Positions 26,286 to 36,372 of a DNA stretch of 64,000 bases are shown one piece after another. Under the pieces are notes generated by a model. It saw only the letters and a program-made list of their open reading frames with translations, was not told where the DNA came from and searched no databases. A program made the translations under genes and the position numbers. The number at the start of each line of letters is the position of its first letter. Positions within the stretch are counted from its first letter, which is position 1. Origin of the DNA: a virus; the IMG/VR virus record IMGVR_UViG_3300046616_000188; one strand, 5' to 3'.

Positions 26286-26547
26286 TTGAGATATACTTAA
26301 TTAGATCGTTCATTACTAGATAGTTACCATAGGCATTGATACTATCAATTATATTTCTGTATAGTTCTACTACTTTAAAACTTTGATCGTCTATTACTTT
26401 ACTTAGTTCAGGTGTTCTGACATGATATGCCAATAGTAGATCGTAAGCTTCTGTGTGATGCTTGGACGCATGCGCAATATCTGCGACAAGTTCTTTAAGC
26501 TTTGCGTGATGTTCTTTAGGAAATACAGAAACATTATAAATGAACAT
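26272..26547 (-). CDS. Hypothetical protein
   Basis: 91 aa, coupled within the packaging operon. Confidence 0.6.
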   Translation of the reverse strand: MFIYNVSVFPKEHHAKLKELVADIAHASKHHTEAYDLLLAYHVRTPELSKVIDDQSFKVVELYRNIIDSINAYGNYLVMNDLIKYISNAKT

Positions 26548-27071
26548 TAGTCAGCAAGCTCGCCAATGAGAGTAAAGGGCTTTTGTAACTGATAACCAAG
26601 GGCGCAGAAACCATAGAAACTGATAAGTGCTGCTTCGGCCCTGCCATCATCCATCTTGCGCTTCCAAGCCGTGGCGCATTTAGGAAAGTATTGACTAGCT
26701 CTGTATCGAGCCGCATCTTTTTCAGCCGGAATTTTAAGCTGACTTTTCCAAAGTGCGGGACGTACCTGAGAAACAGGGATTTTCAAACCACCACAAGCTC
26801 CTAGGATAGTTCCGAAAGCTCTTCCGAATGTAAATGAGGAAACCACGCCTTCACCGGGTCTTGCTGAGACTTCCTCAATGTACAGGTGCATAATGCGATC
26901 ATCATCTAGGATGTTGCCAATACCTACGTGGTCCATTACGGTCTTTTTCTTTTGACCTGTCTTGATCTCGAACGTTGGCATGTCAAAGATTTCAATGGTG
27001 TGCTCAACCGGATCAAGTTTGGCAAATGCGCCTTTCGCACCCGGATCAGCGCCTACAATTATTCCTGCCAT
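26547..27071 (-). CDS. RuvC-like Holliday junction resolvase
   Basis: IVGADPG..GA, YIEEV, SFTFG..FG, DDGRAEAALI. Confidence 0.88.
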   Translation of the reverse strand: MAGIIVGADPGAKGAFAKLDPVEHTIEIFDMPTFEIKTGQKKKTVMDHVGIGNILDDDRIMHLYIEEVSARPGEGVVSSFTFGRAFGTILGACGGLKIPVSQVRPALWKSQLKIPAEKDAARYRASQYFPKCATAWKRKMDDGRAEAALISFYGFCALGYQLQKPFTLIGELAD

Positions 27072-27763
27072 ATTTCATCAACTTCTTTTTGGCCGCGCTT
27101 TTGTGCGTCTATCGCATCTTCAATGTTTTTCTCGTAAGAATAATGGCTAAATTTGCCATTGACTTTTACTTTGACCATATATAGGTTACGCGGCTTGTGA
27201 AAATACACACCTATGATTGGCGTTTCTTTTATGTCGTCTTCGCTGGTATTAAGGGCTGAAGCTTCGGTGTATGAAGCGTAAAGATTATAAAGTTTAAGCT
27301 GTTTCTCAGCCCATTTCTCAGCTATATATTTATTCTTGAAGCTCGATCCACGGTAGAAATATGGATGGTGCCACACTTTGACTTGCCACATGTCATCTCG
27401 ATAAGGAGCGATCAGGTAATTGCCTAACCTTTCCTTGGTCGTAGATTCAGCGACCATGTTTTCTTTATGCGTGTCGTACAAATCACCGCTTAGCGCAGCG
27501 ATAGGTTCTTTTGGCCAATCTCCGTAGCAGAGAAGCCAAGCAATATGAGGGACTTCTAGAAGCACGCCTTTGAACCGGCAAACATACCTGCCGGGATAGT
27601 ACATATTGAGGCGCTTGCAGACCTTCCATTGATCCTTGAAAACTCTGTAAACCCTACCTGTATCCTCATCGTACTTGAATTTTTCTTTTACCTGTTTTTT
27701 ATCGATAGTAGGATATAGGTCAAGATATTTATCAAAGTCTCTAACTACTGGTTTGTTCGCCAT
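27059..27763 (-). CDS. Degenerate HNH endonuclease-like protein with AP2-like domains
   Basis: FKYDEDTGRV, HIAWLLCYGDWP, but the HNH core lacks His (IAALSGDLYDTHKENM). Confidence 0.65.
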   Translation of the reverse strand: MANKPVVRDFDKYLDLYPTIDKKQVKEKFKYDEDTGRVYRVFKDQWKVCKRLNMYYPGRYVCRFKGVLLEVPHIAWLLCYGDWPKEPIAALSGDLYDTHKENMVAESTTKERLGNYLIAPYRDDMWQVKVWHHPYFYRGSSFKNKYIAEKWAEKQLKLYNLYASYTEASALNTSEDDIKETPIIGVYFHKPRNLYMVKVKVNGKFSHYSYEKNIEDAIDAQKRGQKEVDEIWQE

Positions 27764-27932
27764 CCGTCTTTTTCACTTTTTTCTTTTTTGTAACGACAAG
27801 CTCAGTAATTTGATTTTCTAAAAATTCAACTTTTAGATAAAGTTCTTCGACACACTTTTTCAGTGTTTCGAGGTTTCTCCGATCCATCTTAATTTTATTT
27901 TCTAAATTTTCAATTTCTTCGGAGTAGTTCAT
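27741..27932 (-). CDS. Small coiled-coil protein
   Basis: 63 aa with heptad pattern. Confidence 0.55.
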   Translation of the reverse strand: MNYSEEIENLENKIKMDRRNLETLKKCVEELYLKVEFLENQITELVVTKKKKVKKTDGEQTSS

Positions 27933-28472
27933 TTAATTATAATTCCGCCATCCGTGGGCATAAGGTTCAAACGCTTCATCGATCTTATCCATCAATTCGT
28001 CGGACCAGAAATCACCGGCTGGTGTCAGAGACATTCCTTGCTCAGTAACGATCCATTCCCATCCAAACTTCTGCGCCGTGATGCGGGCGTCAATCAAATC
28101 AGTGATCTTGTTTATGATCGCGTCTCTATCTTCATAATGTAGTAGTTTAGAGTTTAAATTATCTCTTAGTTTCCACTGTTCAACTTTGATATTTTTTACT
28201 TCAATGCTGTGTTCGTTCTCTAGTTCGTTAATTTCATTTAATAGTTTAACGTGCGCTACTTCGTACTCTTTAAGTTTTAGTTCTACTTCGGTAATTTCAC
28301 TTAATAGTTTTAAGTTTAATGCTCTATAATTCTCTTTTAAAGTTTCTACGTTCAATACGTCAATATTTAATTCGTTTACGGTTTGTTCTAGTTCAGAATT
28401 TACACTTCTAAGTTCAGCGTTCTCAGCTTCTAATTTCTCGTTTAATACTGCTAGTGCTAAGTTCTCGTCCAT
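27933..28472 (-). CDS. Coiled-coil protein
   Basis: E/L/N/K heptads; promoter TTGACA-17-TATTAT at about 28580-28610. Confidence 0.7.
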   Translation of the reverse strand: MDENLALAVLNEKLEAENAELRSVNSELEQTVNELNIDVLNVETLKENYRALNLKLLSEITEVELKLKEYEVAHVKLLNEINELENEHSIEVKNIKVEQWKLRDNLNSKLLHYEDRDAIINKITDLIDARITAQKFGWEWIVTEQGMSLTPAGDFWSDELMDKIDEAFEPYAHGWRNYN

Positions 28473-28937
28473 ACTTTGCTACTTCCTATTTCTCACTGAC
28501 TATTCAGGACGCGCCGCATCGAAGGGACCGCGATTTTGATAATGTATACTTCAGAGTTAATAATTCAAAATTTAAATATCATAATATCATAGCTTTTCGA
28601 GTTTGTCAAGCTTTTTATTCATTTCATATAAAAGATGGTGATTTTCTTGGTTCACTATCTTCATTTCCGCTATCTGACCTAGCATCACCAAGACCATGGC
28701 CCATATTGAAAGCAGGAGGACGTCTTTAAGCATTTTCACTTTCTTTCGTTACCGGCATGAATCCTTGAACCTTTAGAAAACTTCCTCTCGGGCCGAAGTC
28801 AAAGGTAGCTAATCCCTTATTTACAAGGGACCAGCCACAACGATTTCGCTGTGATCGGCCAAAGGTGACACGATGCATCACAAAGCCTTCACGCTCCAAC
28901 TCTTCCAAGAATGCGATTTCACCTTTAGTGAGTTTCA

Positions 28938-29120
28938 TCAAGGTTTGTATTCCTCGCAAATGTAATCAATATCGACGCCGACAGTTTTGTGATGATCGCG
29001 GATGTAACCTTCAGCAAAATCTAAACACTGAGACATAGATTCGGTTGGAAGTAATGAGGCTGATCGGTTAGGATCGGGCTCACCATTTACGAGCCAAATT
29101 AGCGTTAGGTAAACTATCAA
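28938..29120 (-). CDS. Small two-Cys hypothetical protein
   Basis: TTG start after GGAG; SMSQC...YIC. Confidence 0.55.
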   Translation of the reverse strand: MIVYLTLIWLVNGEPDPNRSASLLPTESMSQCLDFAEGYIRDHHKTVGVDIDYICEEYKP

Positions 29121-29236
29121 TACATTTCTCCCTTGACGTAGCAGCCTGATCGGTTAGGATCGGGCTCACCATTTACGAGCCAAATTAGCGTTAGGTAAAC
29201 TATCAATACATTTCTCCCTTGACGTAGCAGCCTGAT
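29060..29236. repeat. Exact 86-bp tandem duplication
   Basis: 29060-29145 equals 29146-29231, plus 5 bp. Confidence 0.9.
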
Positions 29237-29382
29237 TGTACGATCACTTTAGCTGGATTGTCATAATTCTTATAGATGTACTCTTCTTGGTGCTTGCACT
29301 GCTCCAACGTGTCAGTGGTGTAGGTATAAAGCTTGGCAGGCTCGCCAGTGATACTAGCAATAATGATTAATAGGATGTACAT
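29203..29382 (-). CDS. Small two-Cys hypothetical protein (59 aa)
   Basis: MYILLIIIASITGEP...TLEQC...SGCYV, read manually; SD AAAGGA. Confidence 0.6.
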   Translation of the reverse strand: MYILLIIIASITGEPAKLYTYTTDTLEQCKHQEEYIYKNYDNPAKVIVQSGCYVKGEMY

Positions 29383-29393
29383 AATATTTTCCT

Positions 29394-30080
29394 TTAAATG
29401 GTGTATGGCACCCTGTCGCGGAAGCCGTTTTCTGATTTACATTGATTGATATAAGCATACACTTTATTAAATCTTTCGAAGGAAACATCCTCCAAACTAG
29501 GATCATACCTAAGAGCCGCGTCAATCAGTTCAATATTCTCAGCCGCAAATTCATCTCTGCCGCAGAGGCAATCGGGGATGCGGGCGTTATCAATCGCGAT
29601 ACGCGGCACGCCCAATGCTTCACAAATCTCAAGGATTGTGGACTTGTAAAGGGTCTGGATCGGCTGAAGCGAAACGGCGGTGCTAAGCAGGCTGTACTTA
29701 CCAAGCGCTTTCTCAGTCGCGTTCATGGTGCCCACGGTCCAGCAATTGAATTTCTTTGCTTCTTCGTGTAGTCTGGCCCAACGGTTTTCATCGTTGTAAC
29801 GCTCTAGGTAATAAGGAACAGCTAAGGTTGAATAATTATCGTGGAGCCACGGTAAAATTCGACACGCGAACCAGCCAAGAAATGGTACTTGTTTAACGAA
29901 ATTTATGCCGTATACCTTATGAGAAATTCCGAGTCGCTCCGCAGCTTTGTAGCAAAGGATATATGCAACGATGCTATCAGTCCCGCTCAGCCCTATCATG
30001 AAGCCGGGAACCGGGGTTTGGGAGCGTTCCATCTTATAGACCAAGCGATCCACGAGGGCGTCAAATTTGGGGTGAATCAT
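29394..30080 (-). CDS. nadE: NadE-like (NH3-dependent NAD+ synthetase / PP-loop ATPase) protein
   Basis: IGLSGTDS PP-loop, GTMNATE..LGKYS, PI..LYKS.I..I...LGVP. Confidence 0.72.
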   Translation of the reverse strand: MIHPKFDALVDRLVYKMERSQTPVPGFMIGLSGTDSIVAYILCYKAAERLGISHKVYGINFVKQVPFLGWFACRILPWLHDNYSTLAVPYYLERYNDENRWARLHEEAKKFNCWTVGTMNATEKALGKYSLLSTAVSLQPIQTLYKSTILEICEALGVPRIAIDNARIPDCLCGRDEFAAENIELIDAALRYDPSLEDVSFERFNKVYAYINQCKSENGFRDRVPYTI

Positions 30081-30193
30081 TGACTATCATCCCAAACGTA
30101 ATTACCAATCTCTTCGGAATAGGTGCCAGCGAGATAAACTGTAGCAGTCACCAAGAGGACCAAAACTATAAATGTTCTAAACATGCTATTTCC

Positions 30194-31416
30194 TCACTCA
30201 TCATTTAAACTAATTTTAGCTTTTTCAAACGCATCTTTGACAACCTCTTCGGCTTGTGCCCAAGACATACCTGAACCGGGGCTAAAAATACGATAGCCAG
30301 TAACAAGAAGTTGATATAGCGTCTCCGAATTCAAACTATCGCAAGCATTGAAGACGGATTCTCTAATAAGCGTTTCGCGCCACTCTTCTTTCCGCCTGTG
30401 CGTCATTATTCCAACCCCTCCACACTTGATTTAACGCCGCGCTCGAATCGTTGCTGCGCCGCATAAGAATAATAACCTACCTTGCCGCAACCTTTACACT
30501 TATAGCGGTGCGTGTCAATATCTTCGTTCAGCGAAATGCTTTCCCAATCTTCAACAACTTCCCAATCGCCATCATCGTTGCGGAAGCCGTGTTTGACACG
30601 TCTAGTGGTGTAATGATCACAACTCACTCAAGAATCTCCTTGATCAACGTGACACGAACCAGTCGAGCTTTCATCTCAGGATCGTCAGGGAACAGAGATA
30701 GGAAAAGCTTCATGGTTTTACGTGCCGCCTTCACCGTATCTCCGATACTAGCACCAGAATTCCAAACCTTCCATTTGCGCTCGCCGGTATGAGGGTTCTT
30801 GTAATAACCTTCAATGGCGTAATACGTTTCAGTCTCTATCACTTCTGCCATTAAATCTTCTCCCTCATATCTTCCATCACCGACATAGCGGCTTGGGCAT
30901 GGCTCAACTGCTTCAATATGTCTAGAATAGCTTCGCGCTTCTTCAGTATCCGCCGTTCAAAATAATCAACTGCATCAGCTTTCGTAGCAATGGTGCATTC
31001 ATCCATGACAGTGGTATGGCCTACCGTGTTGTTCTTCATATCATCGAAACCGAGAATGGTTACGCGATGGTAAGGCTTGCCCTCATAATCACCATCAGGC
31101 TCAATCTCTACGATCTTGCCATGAATGTCCCATCCGCCCATGTAGCGATCCGCGATCCAATGGACATACACACCTTCTTGAATATCTTCAAACTTCATCG
31201 TCATTTAATTTCTTCTCCTCATCACCACGTCGTGCCGACTTCTACGAAAGAGGTGTGACGTTCCATCAGTTCCTTGATTCCTTCAACCAACATCACTGCG
31301 TCACTCTCAGTGGGGCAGTTGTAGGGGAAGCCGTTGAGGATAACGTTAAACACTTCCGAACCGTCTGTCAAAGTCTCTGACACGATCCACAGCACGAGAT
31401 TATCTTTGCCACCCAT
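30194..31416 (-). other. Run of five small hypothetical genes (30194-30406, 30406-30627, 30624-30851, 30851-31204, 31222-31416)
   Basis: Mostly coupled ORFs with SDs; promoter TTGCCA-17-TATTAA near 31460-31488. Confidence 0.65.
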
Positions 31417-31738
31417 TTTGAAACTCTCCCTTCTAATCTGAATCACTTTATCTGCACTCTTAATAGCATAATGATTTAGTCATGGCAAGCCCCCCTAACG
31501 GGGGCGACCATTAGGCATAGGATTATTTATCGGGAGACCATCGTTCCGTTTGACGCAAGGTTGACATTAGACATTATTTTATTCGGAGCATTTGCTGACC
31601 TGTGTCACAACGTCCCTCCATTTTTAATGGAAGGACGTTAACGCCCTCGCTCCGCTACCGCTATTCTGTGTGTCACACCGGGTTCGAAAACGTTCCATTA
31701 CTTCTAAGTTTAATAGCCTTTTCTTTTTCTAAAAATTC

Positions 31739-32075
31739 TTGTCAAAGTTCTTAGCAAAGCGTTGTTCATAACTCGATTGTTAACTTATATTATATAATAA
31801 AAACAATAAGATAAATAAGTTAATAATAAAAAATAGAGAGTCAAAGTTTCAGTTAATTTGAAAAACGATAAAAACCGCCTCCCAAAAAACTCAGAAATCT
31901 TCACACAGGCTAAAATCACTTTTCACAGTAAGTGGAACTTTGACTCACTTTTCATTTTCTTATCATATTGAAATCATTGATAGAACATACTCAAAGATCG
32001 AGTTATGAACAACGGTTTCCTAAGAATGTTGAAACAGCGAAAAAATCGAGTTAGCGTTAAATAGGGGCTTGACAA
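31739..32075. repeat. Nested inverted repeats in an AT-rich intergenic region
   Basis: 18-bp perfect IR 31760-31777/31997-32014; 11-bp IR 31838-31848/31936-31946; 10/11 IR 31804-31814/31960-31970. Confidence 0.8.
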
Positions 32076-32130
32076 AGCGATTTAGTTATGTTAAGCTGCG
32101 TTTTTAATTGAGCTGTTAAGAGTAAATACA

Positions 32131-33051
32131 ATGACAAGAATTAAGCACGAATTACGCTGTGTCGCGCCGGGATGTGGCAAAGTTTTTCTCGCCTCCAAAC
32201 CCAATAAAGAGACGTGTAGCACCACGTGTCACATGCGATTGACACGCTTGAGGACCAAACCTTCAGCCGCTAAAACGAAGTGTCTCCTGCCTCGCTGTGA
32301 AGAAATCATCTCTGCCAAGATCAAAAAAGGTAGACCTAAACTTTATTGCTGCGACGACCACATGCGTCGTCATTATTACGATCAGAAATTTGGTATGACC
32401 GATAAAGAGAAAATTGCGGTCTGTCCCAATCCCTATTGCGATGTACAGAATTTCGTTAAACATCACGGAAGGCAAATTTATTGCACCGATGATTGCCGAA
32501 GGGAACATGCTAAGATCAAGAGACTTCCTGCCGTGACGGAAGAACCGAAAAAGTTGCCTCACTTAATGGCGTGTCATTACTGTGGCACCGAGTATAGATC
32601 GGCCCGCACCTCGTCCAAGTTCTGCTCCACCAGTTGCCGTGTCACGTTCTATGTCCAGAACAGGATGGTAGAATGGGTCAATAGAAGGCGGACCTATACC
32701 GAAGAAGATTATATGGAAGATGTGCTCGATGGAGAAGTCTATATCGAGTGTGAATTCAATGACGTTGATTTTTCCGGCAAGAGTATGACCAAGGCTAAAT
32801 TCATAAATTGCGTCATTAATAATTGCTGCTTCGATAAGACATTCTTTGACGGCGTCGAATTAATCGATACCGATTTCGAAGGCCATAACACCTTTAACGG
32901 CGCGATGATTCGCTTCACCAAGTTCCCCGCCCTAATCGAAGAAGTCCTTGACCTACGTGGCGCTATTGTGTCTAAAATGCTGCGCCGCGATCTTCTCGCC
33001 ATGCATCGTGACAAGTTAGAGAACAGAAAGCTAACTCATTATGGATACTAA
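32131..33051 (+). CDS. Zn-ribbon repeat protein fused to pentapeptide repeats
   Basis: Four Cx2-4C...(Y/F/T)C(S/T/C)xx(C/H) units, then ECEFNDVDFSG....AKFINC....CCFD...FDG..L..TDF; promoter TTGACA-17-TAAGCT. Confidence 0.7.
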   Translation: MTRIKHELRCVAPGCGKVFLASKPNKETCSTTCHMRLTRLRTKPSAAKTKCLLPRCEEIISAKIKKGRPKLYCCDDHMRRHYYDQKFGMTDKEKIAVCPNPYCDVQNFVKHHGRQIYCTDDCRREHAKIKRLPAVTEEPKKLPHLMACHYCGTEYRSARTSSKFCSTSCRVTFYVQNRMVEWVNRRRTYTEEDYMEDVLDGEVYIECEFNDVDFSGKSMTKAKFINCVINNCCFDKTFFDGVELIDTDFEGHNTFNGAMIRFTKFPALIEEVLDLRGAIVSKMLRRDLLAMHRDKLENRKLTHYGY

Positions 33052-33625
33052 GTACCAAGTCCTGAGTGGCAATGAATATCTTAAAACGGGGCAGATCGTA
33101 GCCCCGTTCAATATCACTAGCCGTGGCGCTTACATCGATAATTGCGACATCATTGTTACGATGCGCCATTTAAGGCCATTAGGTGAGGGAGATAAGTTAT
33201 GGTCCGTGAGCCAATGTTTGACCGAGTTTTATAAGAATTGGAACCTTGGACCACTTCTAAACTATGCCAAATATAGTACCATAGATGGTGCAGACTTGAC
33301 CGGAACTAGGCAACACGACGTGAGGATGAAAGGTGTAATCTATAATAATTGTAACCTGAATGATGTATCGTTCCACGGCGGAACATTGAACAAAGTCGTG
33401 TTTCTCAACTGCGACATTGATATTCTTGACCTGAGACACGCCGCCCTTATCGATGTCCTGTTCCTACATTGCAACAAGACTTATGGCATTAAATTAGACA
33501 ACGTAAAACCGAGGCGGGTCATCTTTAAAAAGACCAGCCACCCTAAAGATTTAAAAAGTTTAGGTTTTACCATGGTAAAAAATGAGTCACAAGATTATTT
33601 CTGGCTCAAGAAGGAATACCGGTAA
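33041..33625 (+). CDS. Pentapeptide-repeat-like protein
   Basis: IDGADLTG...YNNCNLNDVSFHGGTLNKVVFLNCDI..LDLRHAALIDVLF. Confidence 0.65.
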   Translation: MDTKYQVLSGNEYLKTGQIVAPFNITSRGAYIDNCDIIVTMRHLRPLGEGDKLWSVSQCLTEFYKNWNLGPLLNYAKYSTIDGADLTGTRQHDVRMKGVIYNNCNLNDVSFHGGTLNKVVFLNCDIDILDLRHAALIDVLFLHCNKTYGIKLDNVKPRRVIFKKTSHPKDLKSLGFTMVKNESQDYFWLKKEYR

Positions 33626-33818
33626 TACCAAAACCCGTTCAGCACAACCACATCACTGATACAGCCGCCCATCTCATCCACCGTTCTATAGAACCGATCT
33701 ATCTCGGCGGCATAGAAGAGTGGATAGGTGCGGCACCAGTTCCGGTTCAAGGTGAGGCTGACACTGACACGACTATTCCTCTCATTGGCTCGAATCAGTG
33801 TGAACCTTGCGCCATGTC

Positions 33819-34031
33819 TCATGACTTATTTCCTCTGGCATACTCATCCCTTGTGACGCAGCGGGTATACATTCCTGTATTCTTGCCTTGCTCCATCAGT
33901 GTCTTATTCAACTCGGCGCTAAGTGTCAAACACTGCGCCATCGAGTCAAGCTCTACGTGGTGCACCTCGTGGGCCGGGTCCATCCCAAGAAACGAGACGA
34001 AGACGAGATAAGCCCCAATCATGTTAAGCAT
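33819..34031 (-). CDS. Small two-Cys hypothetical protein
   Basis: MLNMIGAYLVFVSFLG...DSMAQC...TRC. Confidence 0.55.
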   Translation of the reverse strand: MLNMIGAYLVFVSFLGMDPAHEVHHVELDSMAQCLTLSAELNKTLMEQGKNTGMYTRCVTRDEYARGNKS

Positions 34032-34035
34032 TGTG

Positions 34036-35964
34036 TTACTCCTTCTCAAACATAAAAACGAGGCGAGGATACGCCTCGTCATGAATATCAGCCGCGATAT
34101 GTTTAAATGTATACCTTGCCCCATCCTTCAAGACCACGACCTTTTTAATAAATTCCATCTCATCCGTATCAATAGATTCCCTATCGACATGGAGATTTAG
34201 GTTGTTATAGTATTGTGTCATATCGTTCAGCCTGAAACGGCCCAAGGCTTCCTCGATATAGAACAAGACAGGCGCGACATATCCCAGCCGATGCTTTTGT
34301 CTGAAGTTCTTTTCCTTATTAGCTTCGTACCATTCCGACGTGACGTGGTCTAAATTGATAACTAGGCTCATATCTATTCCTCCACATATCCATAACGAGA
34401 CATGGTTTGGTCCGTTTCGATCCAAGTAAAGGCATGAACCGATTTGGCGAAGCTGATCGGCACCCTGATCCAGAATATCAAGGCGTAGCGCTTCTCCACC
34501 ATGTAAGTCTCATCACGGCGCATCGTAACTCTGTATCTGCTCATTTACTTAATCCTCCCCGTTGTGAAATACTCCAATTCATTAGCGATTTGCAACAGGT
34601 GAGCCGCGTTATACAACTGCTCCCCACCACTCTGAACATCGTGGTCCGCGACATATCGTAACGCTTCTATCGCCCTGCCGAGACAATCATTGGGCCACTT
34701 AAACGATTCGATATGGCGTGCCGCAGCTTCCAAGCCCTTCTCAATCCCAGCTTCATACGCGGCCCAATCAGACAGACCATGACACGATAACGTCGAATAT
34801 GTCACGTCAAGGTTGCGAATCTATTACCCTGATTGTTTCCAATGTCAATCCTCCTTATCTAGCAATGTACCACCTATAGGTGGTTCCGTGTTCCTTATCT
34901 TGAGACAGAGATTGAAACCCTGCCTCGTCAATGTTTCTAGATCGGCGGCGCGGTTCGGATTTCTATCCCCCGCCGCAGCGGCGATTCTGCCGAACAAGCT
35001 CTGACAATCTCCTAGCGCGATAAGGAGTTGCTTCCTAGTGTATTTCATCGTGACGGCCTCCACGCCTCAATAGCTTCGCGCCAACGGTTAACCTCATTCA
35101 TAAGGTCAAGCATGGGCGACACGGTAGAGACGATGTCCACGTTAGCGATATGATCGGCAAAGACATGGATGCGAAACGTTGTACCATCTCGGTTCATCAT
35201 GGCCGTGCCATAAAAATTTTTGTGACGGTTCAGATGCTCGAAATACTGATGCACGTTAAGTGAATAAGTCGATCCATTACTGAGAGACATGACGTTCTCC
35301 TATGTTGAGGAATAATGTTTTTCTATTATCTTTTCTTACATCCAAATTAAAACAAAGTCAACATTAAAAACGCTTCATCGCGTAACTAATCATTCCAGCC
35401 ATGGAATGCCTGCCACGGTCATAATCATCTAGTATAGGAATGGTTCTCATCTCATCCATGAGTCTGACCACGTCGGCCCGACTCAGATTATTCTCCTCGA
35501 TAATCTTAATCACACGTTTCGCCGTGACATACTTACCGATATTGAAAGGTTCCGAGGAATATATGCTGCAAACGTCGTCTCTAATTTTTTCAATAATTTT
35601 AATCACGTCAAACCCCCAAAATTTCTTTACGCGCCGCGAGATAGCCCCCGACATAGCTGGCTCTATACTTCGCGAAAATGATTTGAGCATCATCAGGACC
35701 AGCCAAGTGGACCAAGTCACTTAACATGTCTCCATGTCGTTCCCTTAATTCATCCATCTTAGGCACGAACACTGTGTCAAAGTCACGACCAATTTCTTCC
35801 AACGATTTCATCTCAGCTCTCCCCCGGCAAACGTTGTTCCGCAATCCTAATAATATCTTTGGCATAATCCATGATCCGCACCGCGTCATAGATAATATCC
35901 TGAGCCCAATTACGATCAGACATATTCTCGGCCAAAGCAGCGATGAGGTCAGCCATTGGATCAA
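34036..35964 (-). other. Cluster of small hypothetical genes (34036-34371, 34545-34805, 34845-35048, 35045-35290, about 35364-35600, 35608-35811)
   Basis: Co-oriented ORFs with SDs. Confidence 0.55.
35333..35361 (-). promoter_or_regulatory. GATG-TAAGAA class promoter
   Basis: TTGACT-N13-GATG-TAAGAA. Confidence 0.75.
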
Positions 35965-35973
35965 TCGATTCTC

Positions 35974-36372
35974 TCATACCTTATTACCCTTCTCCACGTT
36001 ACAGGTGAAACACATGGTTTGGTAGTTATCCATATGATTAGCTCCACCCTTCGACTTAGGAATGATATGATCCTTCGTGATCATAACCTCTTCCCCGTCA
36101 CTATTCATGCCGTAAAGATTAAAGTGAAAACCTTTCGACATAGGAGTAATGCTGCCATCCGGCCTGCGTTTCACAGTCCGTTCCATGGCGTAATACAGAC
36201 CAGCCGTGCCACAACTGACGCAGCACCTATTCTTGGCAAAAAGCTTATATCTGTCACTACCAGTTTTCACTGTTGCGCCATCTAGCACAACTTTTTTATC
36301 GGGGTTGTCATAGGCAATCAGTGAAGTGACATGCTCAACACTATATGTCCCGCGCCGTTCATACATTCTCAT
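35974..36372 (-). CDS. HNH endonuclease (HNHc type)
   Basis: CCVSCG ... TKDHIIPKSKGGAN.MDNYQTMCFTCNVEKG. Confidence 0.88.
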   Translation of the reverse strand: MRMYERRGTYSVEHVTSLIAYDNPDKKVVLDGATVKTGSDRYKLFAKNRCCVSCGTAGLYYAMERTVKRRPDGSITPMSKGFHFNLYGMNSDGEEVMITKDHIIPKSKGGANHMDNYQTMCFTCNVEKGNKV

